Of a stretch of DNA of 64,000 nucleotides, positions 7,651-17,510 are shown piece by piece (the first letter of the stretch is position 1; each line of letters begins with the position of its first letter). The position numbers and the translations under genes were made by a program. The notes below the pieces were generated by a model, which had not been told where the DNA came from, did no database searches, and saw only the letters and a list, made by a program, of their open reading frames with translations. This DNA comes from a virus (taxonomy: Duplodnaviria; Caudoviricetes), in IMG/VR virus record IMGVR_UViG_3300011559_000001, positions 1 to 64,000 of that record; one strand, given 5' to 3'.

Positions 7651-7690
7651 GCATAAGCCCTGCTCCCTTCGGGGAGCAGGGCGGTTGTGC
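7651..7690. terminator. bidirectional terminator between convergent genes
   Basis: GCCCTGCTCCC-TTCG-GGGAGCAGGGC. Confidence 0.8.
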
Positions 7691-7707
7691 TGCTTTTTTC
7701 TTTTGCC

Positions 7708-8238
7708 TTAAATGCCTTGACCGCCCGGCGGCTCGTAGGTCAGTCCGTCCAGCTCGTTGCTGGAGAACGTCTCGGCCATGCCCTCCGGTGCCACCGCCAC
7801 CGTCAGGGTCAGCTGACCGATGTAGAAGTACGAGACGCCCAGCACCAGCAGTGCGACATCGTGGGACTCACCAGCCGTACCGGTGAAGGCCGGCAGGTCT
7901 TCGTCGGTGTAGTCTTCGCCAGCCTTCAGGTTGGTCTTGAAGCGGGTGTTGAACTCGGCAACCACTTCGGACAGACGGGTCTGGCCGCTGTACTCGAAGA
8001 TCAGTTGCGCTTCGCCCACGATGTCAGACAGGTCCAGACGATTGTAATAGAAAGTCTGGAAGCCGCCGTAGCGGGGACCGGTGCCGGTGATCACAACTTC
8101 CGAGTTGCGCCCGACACTGTGGGTGGACGGACCAACTTCATTCAGCACGAAGTCAGCAGGGGTGAGGGTCTTGCCCGGATTCTTCGCAACGATCATCGCT
8201 GCGACGAGTTCAGGGAAGGTCTTGCTCAGGTCACTCAT
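7708..8238 (-). CDS. putative virion (tail/baseplate-associated) protein, phiKZ-like
   Basis: RNS.V...FYYNRLDL motif recalled from jumbo-phage structural paralogues. Confidence 0.6.
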   Translation of the reverse strand: MSDLSKTFPELVAAMIVAKNPGKTLTPADFVLNEVGPSTHSVGRNSEVVITGTGPRYGGFQTFYYNRLDLSDIVGEAQLIFEYSGQTRLSEVVAEFNTRFKTNLKAGEDYTDEDLPAFTGTAGESHDVALLVLGVSYFYIGQLTLTVAVAPEGMAETFSSNELDGLTYEPPGGQGI

Positions 8239-8315
8239 GGGACTTCACTCCAGGGGGTTTATCAGTACAGCATAGTATTTCGGCATAAACCCCTCCCTTT
8301 CGGGAGGGGCGTGTG

Positions 8316-8777
8316 TCATGCCGGTGACAGGGCGTGCTCAGGGATAAAGATCACACAGTTGAAGGTGACCTCCCCCACAAACTTGAGCGAGTCCGGTTTG
8401 GGGCGCAGCGTAACCGCGTGCTGACCGTTGGATTCCACCACGCTATAGACGATGAAGTCATCTGCCGTAAAGCGCATGTCATACAACTGCTGCAGGCGAT
8501 ACAAGATCTCTTGGATCTCGATCTTGGCCACCGACACGGTACGCACCGCACTGGGGAACAAGCGCTCCAGTTCGTAGCGGTTGTAGCGCAGGCGATACGG
8601 TGGACGACCGGTGCCGTCACGGAACTCGCAGTGCAAGTTGGTATTGCGCAGGCTCTGGGAAACTTCCGGCACACCCAACAGCAATCCGTCAGGAGAAACC
8701 GGCTGCCCCAGCTTGGCCGCAATCAGCGGTGCCAGCATTTGGTTGCCTGGCAAACTGATGTCAAAGATCTCAGCCAT
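8316..8777 (-). CDS. putative virion protein, paralogue of 7708-8238
   Basis: RNT.L...RYNRYEL motif; similar C-terminal S..(F/Y).G.(V/L)T. Confidence 0.55.
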   Translation of the reverse strand: MAEIFDISLPGNQMLAPLIAAKLGQPVSPDGLLLGVPEVSQSLRNTNLHCEFRDGTGRPPYRLRYNRYELERLFPSAVRTVSVAKIEIQEILYRLQQLYDMRFTADDFIVYSVVESNGQHAVTLRPKPDSLKFVGEVTFNCVIFIPEHALSPA

Positions 8778-10908
8778 TCACCACCCCCACAGTACGACCG
8801 TAGATCAGATCTTCCAAGCTCATCGCCGGCAGATCTTCCCACGCATGGAAGGACTCAAAGGACGGCATCGGCTGGTCCATGATTTCATTGAGCACCGACT
8901 CGAACTCATTGACCTGGTCATCCAACTGCATGCTTTCCAACGAGGAGATATAGCCGTCCATCGTCTTGGCCGCCTCACCGTTGTAGTCAGCGCCCATGAT
9001 CAAGGCCACCTGCTCACGGGACCATTCCAGAATCTCCTTGGAGCGGGTGGAGATATTGGGATCCTTGCCGGTGTCCAGATACACGAACACGAACTTGACC
9101 GGGGTATCCTGACCCAGACGATCCACACGGGCCTTGGCCTGTACCAACTCGTGGTCGCGGAAAGGCACGTTCAAGAAGATCTCTTGGTCGGCCATGATCA
9201 GCGGCACGGCCGTGGACAGCGAGGGGAACGTAGCCACCAGCGGATTGACCGTGGCGTCATGTTCAAAGGCACCGACGTTGGCCGCCAGGTCCTTGTTGGT
9301 TTCACCGAACACCAGCATCGGGTTCTTGCCTTGCGCCTTGAAGATCTCACTGCAGCGCTTGACCACTTCGACGTAGCTGGTAAACACCACCGTCTTCTTT
9401 TCAGAAGCAGACATGATGTCCTCAAAGTCGATGTAGTCCAGCATCTCCACATGCAGGCGCGAACGGGCCTTGCCCAAGACCGAACCCAACGCCTCGCCCA
9501 TCACTTTCAGGTTGACGTACTTGATCACGGACTTGGCCGACTTGAACAGCTTCTTGTCCTCGTTGGACAAGGTCGGCATGATGTTCTTCAGCTCGTAGTC
9601 GTTGGCCATCTTCATCTCGTCCTTGGTGTAGCGAGGATCGGGATTCTTCTTGACCACTTCCACGTTCTGCTTGTACTGCTTGAACTCAGCCCACTGGTCA
9701 CTTTGCAACGTCTGGCTGAAGTGAGCCAACGCGTTGTTGTAGGTGTCCTCGTAGGTCTTGTAGTTCTTCTTGTAGTACTCCATGCGCTGGGCAATGAACT
9801 CTGCCATCTGCGAGGAGATCGCCTCCAGCGTGTAGTCCTGTCCGTTAGGCAGCTTGACCGAGACGGTCTTCTCGGTAGGCTTGTTGTTGACCACCGCTGC
9901 CTTTTCCACCTTGTAGGTGATAAAGCCCATGCGGTTGCGCAGGATGTCCAGTGCACGTTGGGCGTTGACACCAAACACCTGCTTGAAGCTGGCTTCAGCG
10001 TCACGGTCAAACAGCGGGTCAATGGTCTTGAGCAGCGGAATGCACTCACCACCCAGCGCCTTGATCGGCGTACCGGAGGCCCAGATGATGTTCTGGCTCT
10101 TGCTGGATTCACACAGGCCAATGAAGGCGTTGGTACGCTGGGACTTCATGTCGTTGAAGTTGTGCGACTCATCCAAGATGATCGTCACATTGCCGTTGAG
10201 CTGTCGAGCCACGGCGATGGTCTTCTCCAACGACTCGAAGTGACACAGCAAGAAACGCTCACGGGCGTAGGGCTTGTTCTCACCGGCGATCCACACCTTC
10301 TGCGGGACCTTGTACTCGGGTTTCTCCCGACCGCGCAGGGCTTCGTTCCAGACGCGGTAGACTGCGTTCTTGGGCGAGACGATGATCACATAGTCCGAGT
10401 GGACCATCTCGGCGATCATCAAGTCAGTCAGGGTCTTACCCGAGCCGGCTGCTGCCGACAGCAAGAAGCCCTTCAGGCCCAGCTCGGAACGGCCCTTTTC
10501 GTAGATGTCGAAGAAAGCGGTCTGGTGGGGCAGCGGGGTCTTGTGGAAGAGATTGAGCTTACCGCGATCCAAGATCTTGGCATGCTCCTTTCCTTCGGCC
10601 AGATTGGCCAGCCAGGTGTTTTCTTCCAGCTGCTTGATCGCTTGCAAGATCGTGTTGCGGCTGGTGAAGTTGCGGCGGTTCTTGAGCAGGCGCTGGAGCA
10701 TGTAATGCACTTCCAACGCGTAGAACAGCTTGAACTCGATATGGCGACGCCCGAAGGCAGTGAACATGAACTTGTTGATCTTCGAGGTGGACCACGTCTC
10801 CTCGATGTCACGCGCCAGCGAAGCGGTGGCCACGCCACCGATCTGGATCTTGTCGTTCTTTTGCTCGACGTACACAATGCCGAGCATGCGCTTGAAAAGT
10901 TGTGCCAT
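8770..10908 (-). CDS. SF2 (SNF2/DEAD-like) helicase
   Basis: AAGSGKT Walker A, IILDESH, ASGTP, QAKARVDRLGQ. Confidence 0.9.
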   Translation of the reverse strand: MAQLFKRMLGIVYVEQKNDKIQIGGVATASLARDIEETWSTSKINKFMFTAFGRRHIEFKLFYALEVHYMLQRLLKNRRNFTSRNTILQAIKQLEENTWLANLAEGKEHAKILDRGKLNLFHKTPLPHQTAFFDIYEKGRSELGLKGFLLSAAAGSGKTLTDLMIAEMVHSDYVIIVSPKNAVYRVWNEALRGREKPEYKVPQKVWIAGENKPYARERFLLCHFESLEKTIAVARQLNGNVTIILDESHNFNDMKSQRTNAFIGLCESSKSQNIIWASGTPIKALGGECIPLLKTIDPLFDRDAEASFKQVFGVNAQRALDILRNRMGFITYKVEKAAVVNNKPTEKTVSVKLPNGQDYTLEAISSQMAEFIAQRMEYYKKNYKTYEDTYNNALAHFSQTLQSDQWAEFKQYKQNVEVVKKNPDPRYTKDEMKMANDYELKNIMPTLSNEDKKLFKSAKSVIKYVNLKVMGEALGSVLGKARSRLHVEMLDYIDFEDIMSASEKKTVVFTSYVEVVKRCSEIFKAQGKNPMLVFGETNKDLAANVGAFEHDATVNPLVATFPSLSTAVPLIMADQEIFLNVPFRDHELVQAKARVDRLGQDTPVKFVFVYLDTGKDPNISTRSKEILEWSREQVALIMGADYNGEAAKTMDGYISSLESMQLDDQVNEFESVLNEIMDQPMPSFESFHAWEDLPAMSLEDLIYGRTVGVVNG

Positions 10909-10985
10909 GGGTGGTTCCCAGTGGGTTGTGAATGTTTGTCATATGATCGGCATAAACCCCCACCCGAAGGTGGGGGGCTGTGCAC

Positions 10986-12434
10986 TTACCGCCAGACGAC
11001 GTCGCCCACTTCGTAGTAGACGATGTCGGCCAGTTCCTTGCGGCCCCAGTCTTCGATGCCGTCTTCGCTACCGTCACCGTCCACTTCCTGGAAGACCGCC
11101 TTGATCTTCTTGTCGGCCAGGTCAATGCCGACCCAGCCGTAGCCATACCAGTAGATGTACGGAACGAACTTGGCCAGTTCCGGGAACTGCTTGACTACAC
11201 GCTTGTGCGCATCGATCAATTCCTGCACCGTGGCGCCGTCGCACTCATCGGACACGTTCTGACAGAAGATCTTGCCGACCTTCTCAAACAGGGCCGAGGT
11301 GCTGTCATCCAGTCGAACGCCGGTGGCTTCCTCGAACCGCTTGACACCTTCTTCGCCGTAGGGGCTAAACTTGATGTCATCGTTGTCCTGCAGGTCATCG
11401 AGGATACGCTTGACCATGCGCGGAGTGCCGTCGGAGCTACCACCGAACCAACCTTCCTGACTGACGCTGGCCTTGCCCTTCTGCTTGACCAGCGACACTT
11501 CCAACAGACCTTCCAGTGCCTTGGCCACGTCCGACACGCTTTCGATCATGTCGGTGACGAACTGGCGCCAGTTGTCCTGATGGAAGTTGTGACTGACGTA
11601 GTCATCCACGCCCGAAGAGATCAGGTCCTGCCAGAGGTCCCCGTTGTTGACATCAAAGCGATTGTCTTCGTAGTCGTAGATCTTCCAGAACTCGCGCTGG
11701 TACTGATGCAGACGCTCAGCGTTTTCCAAGCACTTGATCAGGGCGGTAGCCACCGCCGGGATCTGTTCCTTGGTCAGCGGCTTGATCTTGGGATTGCCCC
11801 AGCCGGGGACGCCAACGAAGTCGATGCTGTATTCGTTGCGCTGGACTTCCACTTCGGGATTACCCAGCAGACCCTTCTCGCTGTAGCCCAACTGACCACC
11901 CAGATGCTTGACGCCCTTCAGCTGCGCCTGACCGTACTGCTCAGCGGCCATCGTATCCTGCATGCTCAGCATGTGATCGAAGATCGGATGGATGCGCTTA
12001 CGGTAAGCGTCGAACTTGGGGAAGAAGCGCGACAGGAACGTCAGTACGGTCTGCACGTGCACCTGTGCAGCCTTGCCCGGATCGGAGGGCATACCCTTAC
12101 CCACGGCCAGCGCATGAACGATCCCGACGCCACTGACTTCACCTTCCACGGAGGTCTGCTTTTCCAGCCACTGCGGATTGAGGTAGGTCTTCTGGATCAG
12201 TTCGATCGTCTGGGCAGGAGTCACTTGCTTCTGTCCGGGCTTCTGCTTGTTGATTGCACCCTTGGCCTTGCCGTCCAGCCAGTTGAATGCGGCAGCCACA
12301 CCACTGCCGACGATACCGACAAATGCACCAGTCAGGATGATGGCCCCCACAAAGCCGAGGACGTCTGCGACGCCCTCCAGGGAGGGGCGCAGTGTCGCTT
12401 TGGCACGGTTGAAATGCCCCTGCAGTTTGTTCAT
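10986..12434 (-). CDS. putative internal head protein with S-x-E cleavage sites and C-terminal SMI1/KNR4-like domain
   Basis: SLEG and VSQEG sites; C-term FEEATGVRL..GWVGID. Confidence 0.55.
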   Translation of the reverse strand: MNKLQGHFNRAKATLRPSLEGVADVLGFVGAIILTGAFVGIVGSGVAAAFNWLDGKAKGAINKQKPGQKQVTPAQTIELIQKTYLNPQWLEKQTSVEGEVSGVGIVHALAVGKGMPSDPGKAAQVHVQTVLTFLSRFFPKFDAYRKRIHPIFDHMLSMQDTMAAEQYGQAQLKGVKHLGGQLGYSEKGLLGNPEVEVQRNEYSIDFVGVPGWGNPKIKPLTKEQIPAVATALIKCLENAERLHQYQREFWKIYDYEDNRFDVNNGDLWQDLISSGVDDYVSHNFHQDNWRQFVTDMIESVSDVAKALEGLLEVSLVKQKGKASVSQEGWFGGSSDGTPRMVKRILDDLQDNDDIKFSPYGEEGVKRFEEATGVRLDDSTSALFEKVGKIFCQNVSDECDGATVQELIDAHKRVVKQFPELAKFVPYIYWYGYGWVGIDLADKKIKAVFQEVDGDGSEDGIEDWGRKELADIVYYEVGDVVWR

Positions 12435-12517
12435 GTTGCTGTCTCTGTAAAGGGTTAGAAAAACGAATCTACATAACATAACCCCCACCCCGAAGGGTGG
12501 GGGCGTATGCGGTTTTC

Positions 12518-14518
12518 TTAGGTCGAAACACTAGCCAGTCGACCGTGAATCGAACGGCCCATCCACTCCACCAAGCCGATCATAGCCACCTGCAAGTTCT
12601 CGTGGCGACCGTCGGTGGGCGTCCAAGACTTGAGGAAGTTCTCATGTCCCACCAGCGAACTCCAACGCTTACCTTCACGGGTGTTGTGCATGCACGCCCA
12701 GAAGATTTCATTGGTGGTCCAGCGGGTCATGTCGACATGTCCGTACGCCTCGGCCCGCAGGACCGAGGAGAAGATCTTCTCCAGTACTTCCGTACCGTCG
12801 TCCACACCGGTACCTTCTTCGGCCCAGCGGTTGAGCGGGTTGAGCGAATCACTCTCAATCCAGCGCAGGACAATGGCAGCAGCGGCCTTGATCTGCTGGC
12901 GGTTCAGTGCCGGCAGCTGCGAAGGCAGCTTGACGTTGGACGGACGGATGTTGCCCTTGCGGCAAACCATACCACCAAAGCGCGGCATGACCTTGCTTTC
13001 CGAGGCGTAGAAGTTCTCGCCACTGAGCAGCGCGTAGGTGCTGTTGCGCTCGGTGTCTTCAATGACCTGCGCCAGCGTTTCATGGACAGAGCGCGGCACC
13101 AGGCGGGAGTAGTCGGTGATGTTGTTCTGTGCCAACTGGAGCAGCGCCTGCGGATGCGGCAGACCCGGACCCACCAGCCGCAACATGCGGTTGTGCTGTT
13201 CCAGCAACCAGCGCTGGTTCTTGTCCATGGCCGCACCGACCGAATCGTTCTGCGCTTGCAGCTCACGGGCATCGACCACGACTTGGTCAATCGGATTGAC
13301 GCTGTTGAACTTGTCACCGAAGGCCAGGCGATTGGCGATGCCGTAGGAGCTGATCTCGCCAGACACCAGTTCATGACTGTCCAGCCAGCGATCGTTCAAG
13401 AAGCACTTCATCATCAGCTTGCGCACGCGCGACTGACTGAGGACGCGATTGTTCTCCACGTTCACGGCCTTGTCCGTCAGCTTCTCATGGTCGGCCGGAC
13501 GGTACTTGAAGATGCCACGGATGGCGCCGAAGATGTCACCGATCAGGCCTTCCTGCGAAACCGACAGGTCGCACGATTCCAGCGCCGCATTGAAATGGAG
13601 CTGCAGCTTGGTGTGGCTGTCATCGACCATCTCATTGCTGACTTGGTCCCACTGGATCGAAGCGTTGATCCACATCTCGATCGCCTCCACGGCGTTTTCC
13701 AGCTGACCGTGCAGGGTCCACAGCGAACCCAACCAGCCGTACTGGAAGTACTTGCGGTGGAACAGGTTCAGCAGGTCATGGTCGTTGGCATCCATGGCCA
13801 CTTCCACCGTCTTGAGCATCGGTGCACGGTCACCTTCATAGGGACCGCACAGCACGTCCGGGAAAGCGATCTCCTGCTCTTCCAGACGACGCACGATGGT
13901 CGGCAGGATCTTGGCGAAGTTCAGGATCTGCTGCAGCGTCAGCGCCGGCAGCGTCTCCAGCGTTTCTTCATTGCTTTCGCCCATGAACGGATCGCCCAGG
14001 TGATCGAACTTGATCGGGTCCGGACCCAAGATGCTGTTGTTGTCGCTCTGGGAGAGCTTGTACGGGAAGAGCTTTTCGCGCTTGGCGCTCTGCTGCAGAT
14101 GACGCCAGGCCTGCGTCTCATCCATCTGTGCGATGGCAAGGCCGGAGTCGTGCATCCACTTGGCGATGCGATCGGTGCCCTTGACGCTCTCGCGGCAGAC
14201 GCGCTCGATCAGCGCCATGTGCGGACCCAGGCGGCGCAGGACTTGCTGCGCATCGGTGTCGCGACCCAGCAGTCGGCTGGAGATGCGCTTGCCCGACACG
14301 GTGCCTTGCACCAGCGGCATCTTGCGCAGTTCGGTGGCGTTCTTGAGCAGGTCCATCAGCTTGAGCTGTTGGTCAAAGTCCAGACGCTTGGGATCTTCGT
14401 CGGCCTTGGGTTCGACCTTCGCTTCGGGGTAGGCCGGCTTGCCGATCAGTACGTTGAAGGTGGCCTTCAGGGAATCGAAGAAACCTTCGGTGCTTACTTG
14501 TTGGGAATGGGTCGTCAT
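12518..14518 (-). CDS. putative internal head protein, two tandem homologous modules
   Basis: VSTE|GFFDSLK and ALES..VSQE|GLIGDIF phiKZ-type head-protease signatures. Confidence 0.6.
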   Translation of the reverse strand: MTTHSQQVSTEGFFDSLKATFNVLIGKPAYPEAKVEPKADEDPKRLDFDQQLKLMDLLKNATELRKMPLVQGTVSGKRISSRLLGRDTDAQQVLRRLGPHMALIERVCRESVKGTDRIAKWMHDSGLAIAQMDETQAWRHLQQSAKREKLFPYKLSQSDNNSILGPDPIKFDHLGDPFMGESNEETLETLPALTLQQILNFAKILPTIVRRLEEQEIAFPDVLCGPYEGDRAPMLKTVEVAMDANDHDLLNLFHRKYFQYGWLGSLWTLHGQLENAVEAIEMWINASIQWDQVSNEMVDDSHTKLQLHFNAALESCDLSVSQEGLIGDIFGAIRGIFKYRPADHEKLTDKAVNVENNRVLSQSRVRKLMMKCFLNDRWLDSHELVSGEISSYGIANRLAFGDKFNSVNPIDQVVVDARELQAQNDSVGAAMDKNQRWLLEQHNRMLRLVGPGLPHPQALLQLAQNNITDYSRLVPRSVHETLAQVIEDTERNSTYALLSGENFYASESKVMPRFGGMVCRKGNIRPSNVKLPSQLPALNRQQIKAAAAIVLRWIESDSLNPLNRWAEEGTGVDDGTEVLEKIFSSVLRAEAYGHVDMTRWTTNEIFWACMHNTREGKRWSSLVGHENFLKSWTPTDGRHENLQVAMIGLVEWMGRSIHGRLASVST

Positions 14519-14573
14519 GACGCACATTTAGAAGAGTGATGTCATACTATCGGCGTCTTCACATACCCGATTG

Positions 14574-14605
14574 AAAGCTTTTTCAGAACTGTATTGTTCT
14601 GGTGA
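14574..14605 (+). promoter_or_regulatory. 32-bp exact repeat, putative promoter/operator (copy 1)
   Basis: AAAGCTTTTTCAGAACTGTATTGTTCTGGTGA, identical at 17430-17461. Confidence 0.7.
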
Positions 14606-14674
14606 GTAAGTCGTAAGATTTTCTATAACGGCATGACCTTATATGCCCTTTCAAACCAGCGAGGTTAACCTCTA

Positions 14675-15355
14675 ATGAACAATGAAATAGCATTCCCCCT
14701 GCAGCCCCTTTCCGCCCCTGAGAGCTGGCTGGAACTCAAGCCCGTCCTCACTCGTGAGCAGTGGTTGGACACCGGCCTGCGTGATATGAGCGGCAAGGCT
14801 TACATGGATCGCTGCGAACGTATCCGCGACATCGGCTTTAGCACCCACAGTGCGGAGCTGATCGATGAACTGGTCGCCTATATCGGTGGCCGCCGGGTGT
14901 TCGAGGTGGGTGCCGGTACGGGCCATCTGGCACGGGTGCTGTTTGAACGTGGCGTTTCCATCTGCGCGGTGGACAACCAGAAAGGCTACTGCACCCAGCC
15001 GGATTGGTGGACGAAGGAACGTCTCTACTTCGATGTACTGAAGATGGATCCGACCCAGTTCCCTGAACTGCCCGGCGAGATCGTACTGATGGTCTGGCCT
15101 TGCTACAATACCGACTTTGCTGAACGGATCGCCCGCTTGCTCAAGCCGGGACAGATCCTGCTGTACTGCGGTGAGTCCAAAGGTGGGTGCACGGGCGATG
15201 ACGGTTTCTTCGATCACCTCGATGCAGCTTTTGAGGAATTGCCGTTGCCCGACGCACTGTACCAATCCCACATTGACTTCTACGGCCTGCATGAACACTG
15301 GTGGGCCTACACGCCTAAGATTCGGAGGATCGAAAATGGCCAGCTCGGAGCGTGA
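14675..15355 (+). CDS. class I SAM-dependent methyltransferase
   Basis: VFEVGAGTG motif I, AVD, MVWP. Confidence 0.8.
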   Translation: MNNEIAFPLQPLSAPESWLELKPVLTREQWLDTGLRDMSGKAYMDRCERIRDIGFSTHSAELIDELVAYIGGRRVFEVGAGTGHLARVLFERGVSICAVDNQKGYCTQPDWWTKERLYFDVLKMDPTQFPELPGEIVLMVWPCYNTDFAERIARLLKPGQILLYCGESKGGCTGDDGFFDHLDAAFEELPLPDALYQSHIDFYGLHEHWWAYTPKIRRIENGQLGA

Positions 15356-15611
15356 TCGCCTCAATAGGCGGATTCGTGATCTTTGCAAAGACAAGGCTCG
15401 TTCCCTCAAGAGCTATCGTCAGTTCATCTCTCGTCAGAGCAATGTTCGCCGGCGCCAAGTGGCAATGGCCTTTGTTCCGCGTGAGGGTAAGCCCGGCTTC
15501 TTTGAAGCCGTTGACGTCATCCCGCTGTGTCATCAGTTCCTTGACAAGTTGGATGTTCCAAAGCACGATGACGAACCGGACCGCCATAACCGGTCGCGTC
15601 GTGCCCACTAA
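15336..15611 (+). CDS. hypothetical protein
   Basis: GGAGG RBS. Confidence 0.6.
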   Translation: MASSERDRLNRRIRDLCKDKARSLKSYRQFISRQSNVRRRQVAMAFVPREGKPGFFEAVDVIPLCHQFLDKLDVPKHDDEPDRHNRSRRAH

Positions 15612-15653
15612 GTAGTCCCTGTTGTATCCCCAAGGTTAACCTTTAGGAGTTTT

Positions 15654-17375
15654 ATGAAAATCGGTGTTCTCGGCCTTCGCCCTCGTCAGATTGACGACAT
15701 GCAGAAGCGTAAGCTCAAGGGCGATTTCTACTTCTTCGGTGAGAAGAATCTCTCCGCCCCTCAGGCACTGAGCTTTGCTCGTGAAATGGACGTTCTGTTT
15801 GTCCAGAATGCGGGCATGCCCAAGACTGCCATCCAAGCAGTGCCGCGCGGTGAGGATACTTACTTCAATGTCAACATGGGCGGTAGCATCAGCTCGCTGT
15901 TGTCGTTGATGGAAGAAGCCTTTGAGAAGCGCGGGCTGGAGCTGTACGAGGAACAGGCCCCTACGCAGGTGGCTGAAAAGGGCAAGAAGGCAGTCAAGAC
16001 CAGTGCACCGGTTACCGCGACTGCTGCGACCACCCCGACGGTTGATCGCCGGGCGCGTGTGCGGCCGGTGGCCAGCACGCTGGGCGATCTGCTGGTGGAT
16101 GCCCTCAAGCAGACTGACGGTGTCGTCAAGCTGACTTCGGTCGTGCCGAACAATCGTACCAGTGAGTACGAGCGTCCGGAAGCGGAGCTGTACGTCAACG
16201 ACGGCTCGGGTACTTCGGTCATTGAGCGCAAGTTGCTCAATGCCAGTATCGGTGAGGTCTTGCGCTTCAACTACGGCAAGGTCGATACCTTCAGTGCTCG
16301 TCTGACCTCGGTGCGCTCCACCGTGGACTACATGCAGTACCGTCACAGCCTGATTGTGGAGGCTCATCTGTACGATGAGTTCGTCGACATCCAGGTCATG
16401 ACGCCGCAGGAGCTGCAGATCAAGCGTGAGGAGAAGCCGGCTGAAACCGTCTTCCTGCGCAAGCCTGCAGTGCCCGAAGCCGAACCGGTGGCAGAAGAGG
16501 TCAAGCCGGCAGCCCCGCTGGTGACCACCACGGTTGCCATGCCGCCGGCTCAGGTCGAGCAGTCCATCGCCTCGGACGTTCCGGAAGGTCGCCGGTCGCA
16601 GTACCTGCTGCCCAAACACGACATCGTCATCAACTACCCCAACTCTGGGGGCGTGCAGAACTACAGCATCCTTCAGGCCGCCGTGCCGGGTGACGTGGTT
16701 CGCTTTGCACGTCCGGAAGGACTGAGCCTGTCCAACTGGCGGGGTCGCATCGGTTCGATGCGTCACTATCAGTGGCGGCACAAGGGGATCTTGCTGGAAG
16801 CGCACTTCTACAACGAGTACGTGGACATCAAGGTGATGCATATCGACGAATCGCAGGTACCGGCCAACACCGACAACTGGACCATCCAGGAGCGGGCTGA
16901 GCCGGCCAACGAGCCGCGCGATATGGGTGAGCGTACGACCTTCGCGGTGCCTGCCGATGGCCTGCCGGCGGAGCGTGTGGGTGCGGAGTTCGACTTCGAT
17001 GACGCTTCGGAAACGGCCGACAAGGGCGTGACCGTTGAAGTCCACACTGAAGTCAAAGAAGTTGCTCCGGCCAACGTGGAAGTGGTCCCGACGGCTGAGG
17101 CTGTCGACGATCGCATGGACCTGTCGCAGATTCCCAACCCGGATGCTGAAACCGAAGCACTGGGTGAGTCGGGCAATATCGCCGACTGGGAATTGCCGAA
17201 CATGGCAGGTCCGGGTATGGTGGAAGTCACGACGACCTTCACCGATTCCACCAAGGCTGAGCGCAAGTTCTGGCGCATCATCTTCCTGTCTGAGTTCGAC
17301 ATCGAAGGTGACATCGAGGCGGCCACGGCTAAGGCCGATGCGGCGTTGAAGATCCACCGCGAGCGCTTCCGCTAA
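15654..17375 (+). CDS. hypothetical protein with internally duplicated domain
   Basis: Two copies of V(L/V)RF...EAH(L/F)Y(D/N)E(F/Y)VDI.VM. Confidence 0.8.
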   Translation: MKIGVLGLRPRQIDDMQKRKLKGDFYFFGEKNLSAPQALSFAREMDVLFVQNAGMPKTAIQAVPRGEDTYFNVNMGGSISSLLSLMEEAFEKRGLELYEEQAPTQVAEKGKKAVKTSAPVTATAATTPTVDRRARVRPVASTLGDLLVDALKQTDGVVKLTSVVPNNRTSEYERPEAELYVNDGSGTSVIERKLLNASIGEVLRFNYGKVDTFSARLTSVRSTVDYMQYRHSLIVEAHLYDEFVDIQVMTPQELQIKREEKPAETVFLRKPAVPEAEPVAEEVKPAAPLVTTTVAMPPAQVEQSIASDVPEGRRSQYLLPKHDIVINYPNSGGVQNYSILQAAVPGDVVRFARPEGLSLSNWRGRIGSMRHYQWRHKGILLEAHFYNEYVDIKVMHIDESQVPANTDNWTIQERAEPANEPRDMGERTTFAVPADGLPAERVGAEFDFDDASETADKGVTVEVHTEVKEVAPANVEVVPTAEAVDDRMDLSQIPNPDAETEALGESGNIADWELPNMAGPGMVEVTTTFTDSTKAERKFWRIIFLSEFDIEGDIEAATAKADAALKIHRERFR

Positions 17376-17377
17376 GC

Positions 17378-17413
17378 GACATAGCCCCCACCTTTCGGGG
17401 TGGGGGTTTGTGC
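17378..17413 (+). terminator. intrinsic terminator
   Basis: CCCCCACCT-TTCG-GGGTGGGGG-TTT. Confidence 0.8.
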
Positions 17414-17429
17414 CGTTGAAATACGATCC

Positions 17430-17461
17430 AAAGCTTTTTCAGAACTGTATTGTTCTGGTGA
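17430..17461 (+). promoter_or_regulatory. 32-bp exact repeat, putative promoter/operator (copy 2)
   Basis: Identical to 14574-14605. Confidence 0.7.
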
Positions 17462-17510
17462 AGTAGTACACAATTCAATTATCCCATCCCCTCGCTTGGA
17501 GTTTAAACTC

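Noticed and set aside
8611-14539. Very long + strand ORFs (801, 492, 680 aa)
   Set aside because: Antisense shadows of the minus-strand helicase and virion genes, caused by GC codon bias.
15636-17357. 573-aa minus-strand ORF
   Set aside because: Codon-register mirror of the + strand gene, which has an RBS and terminator.
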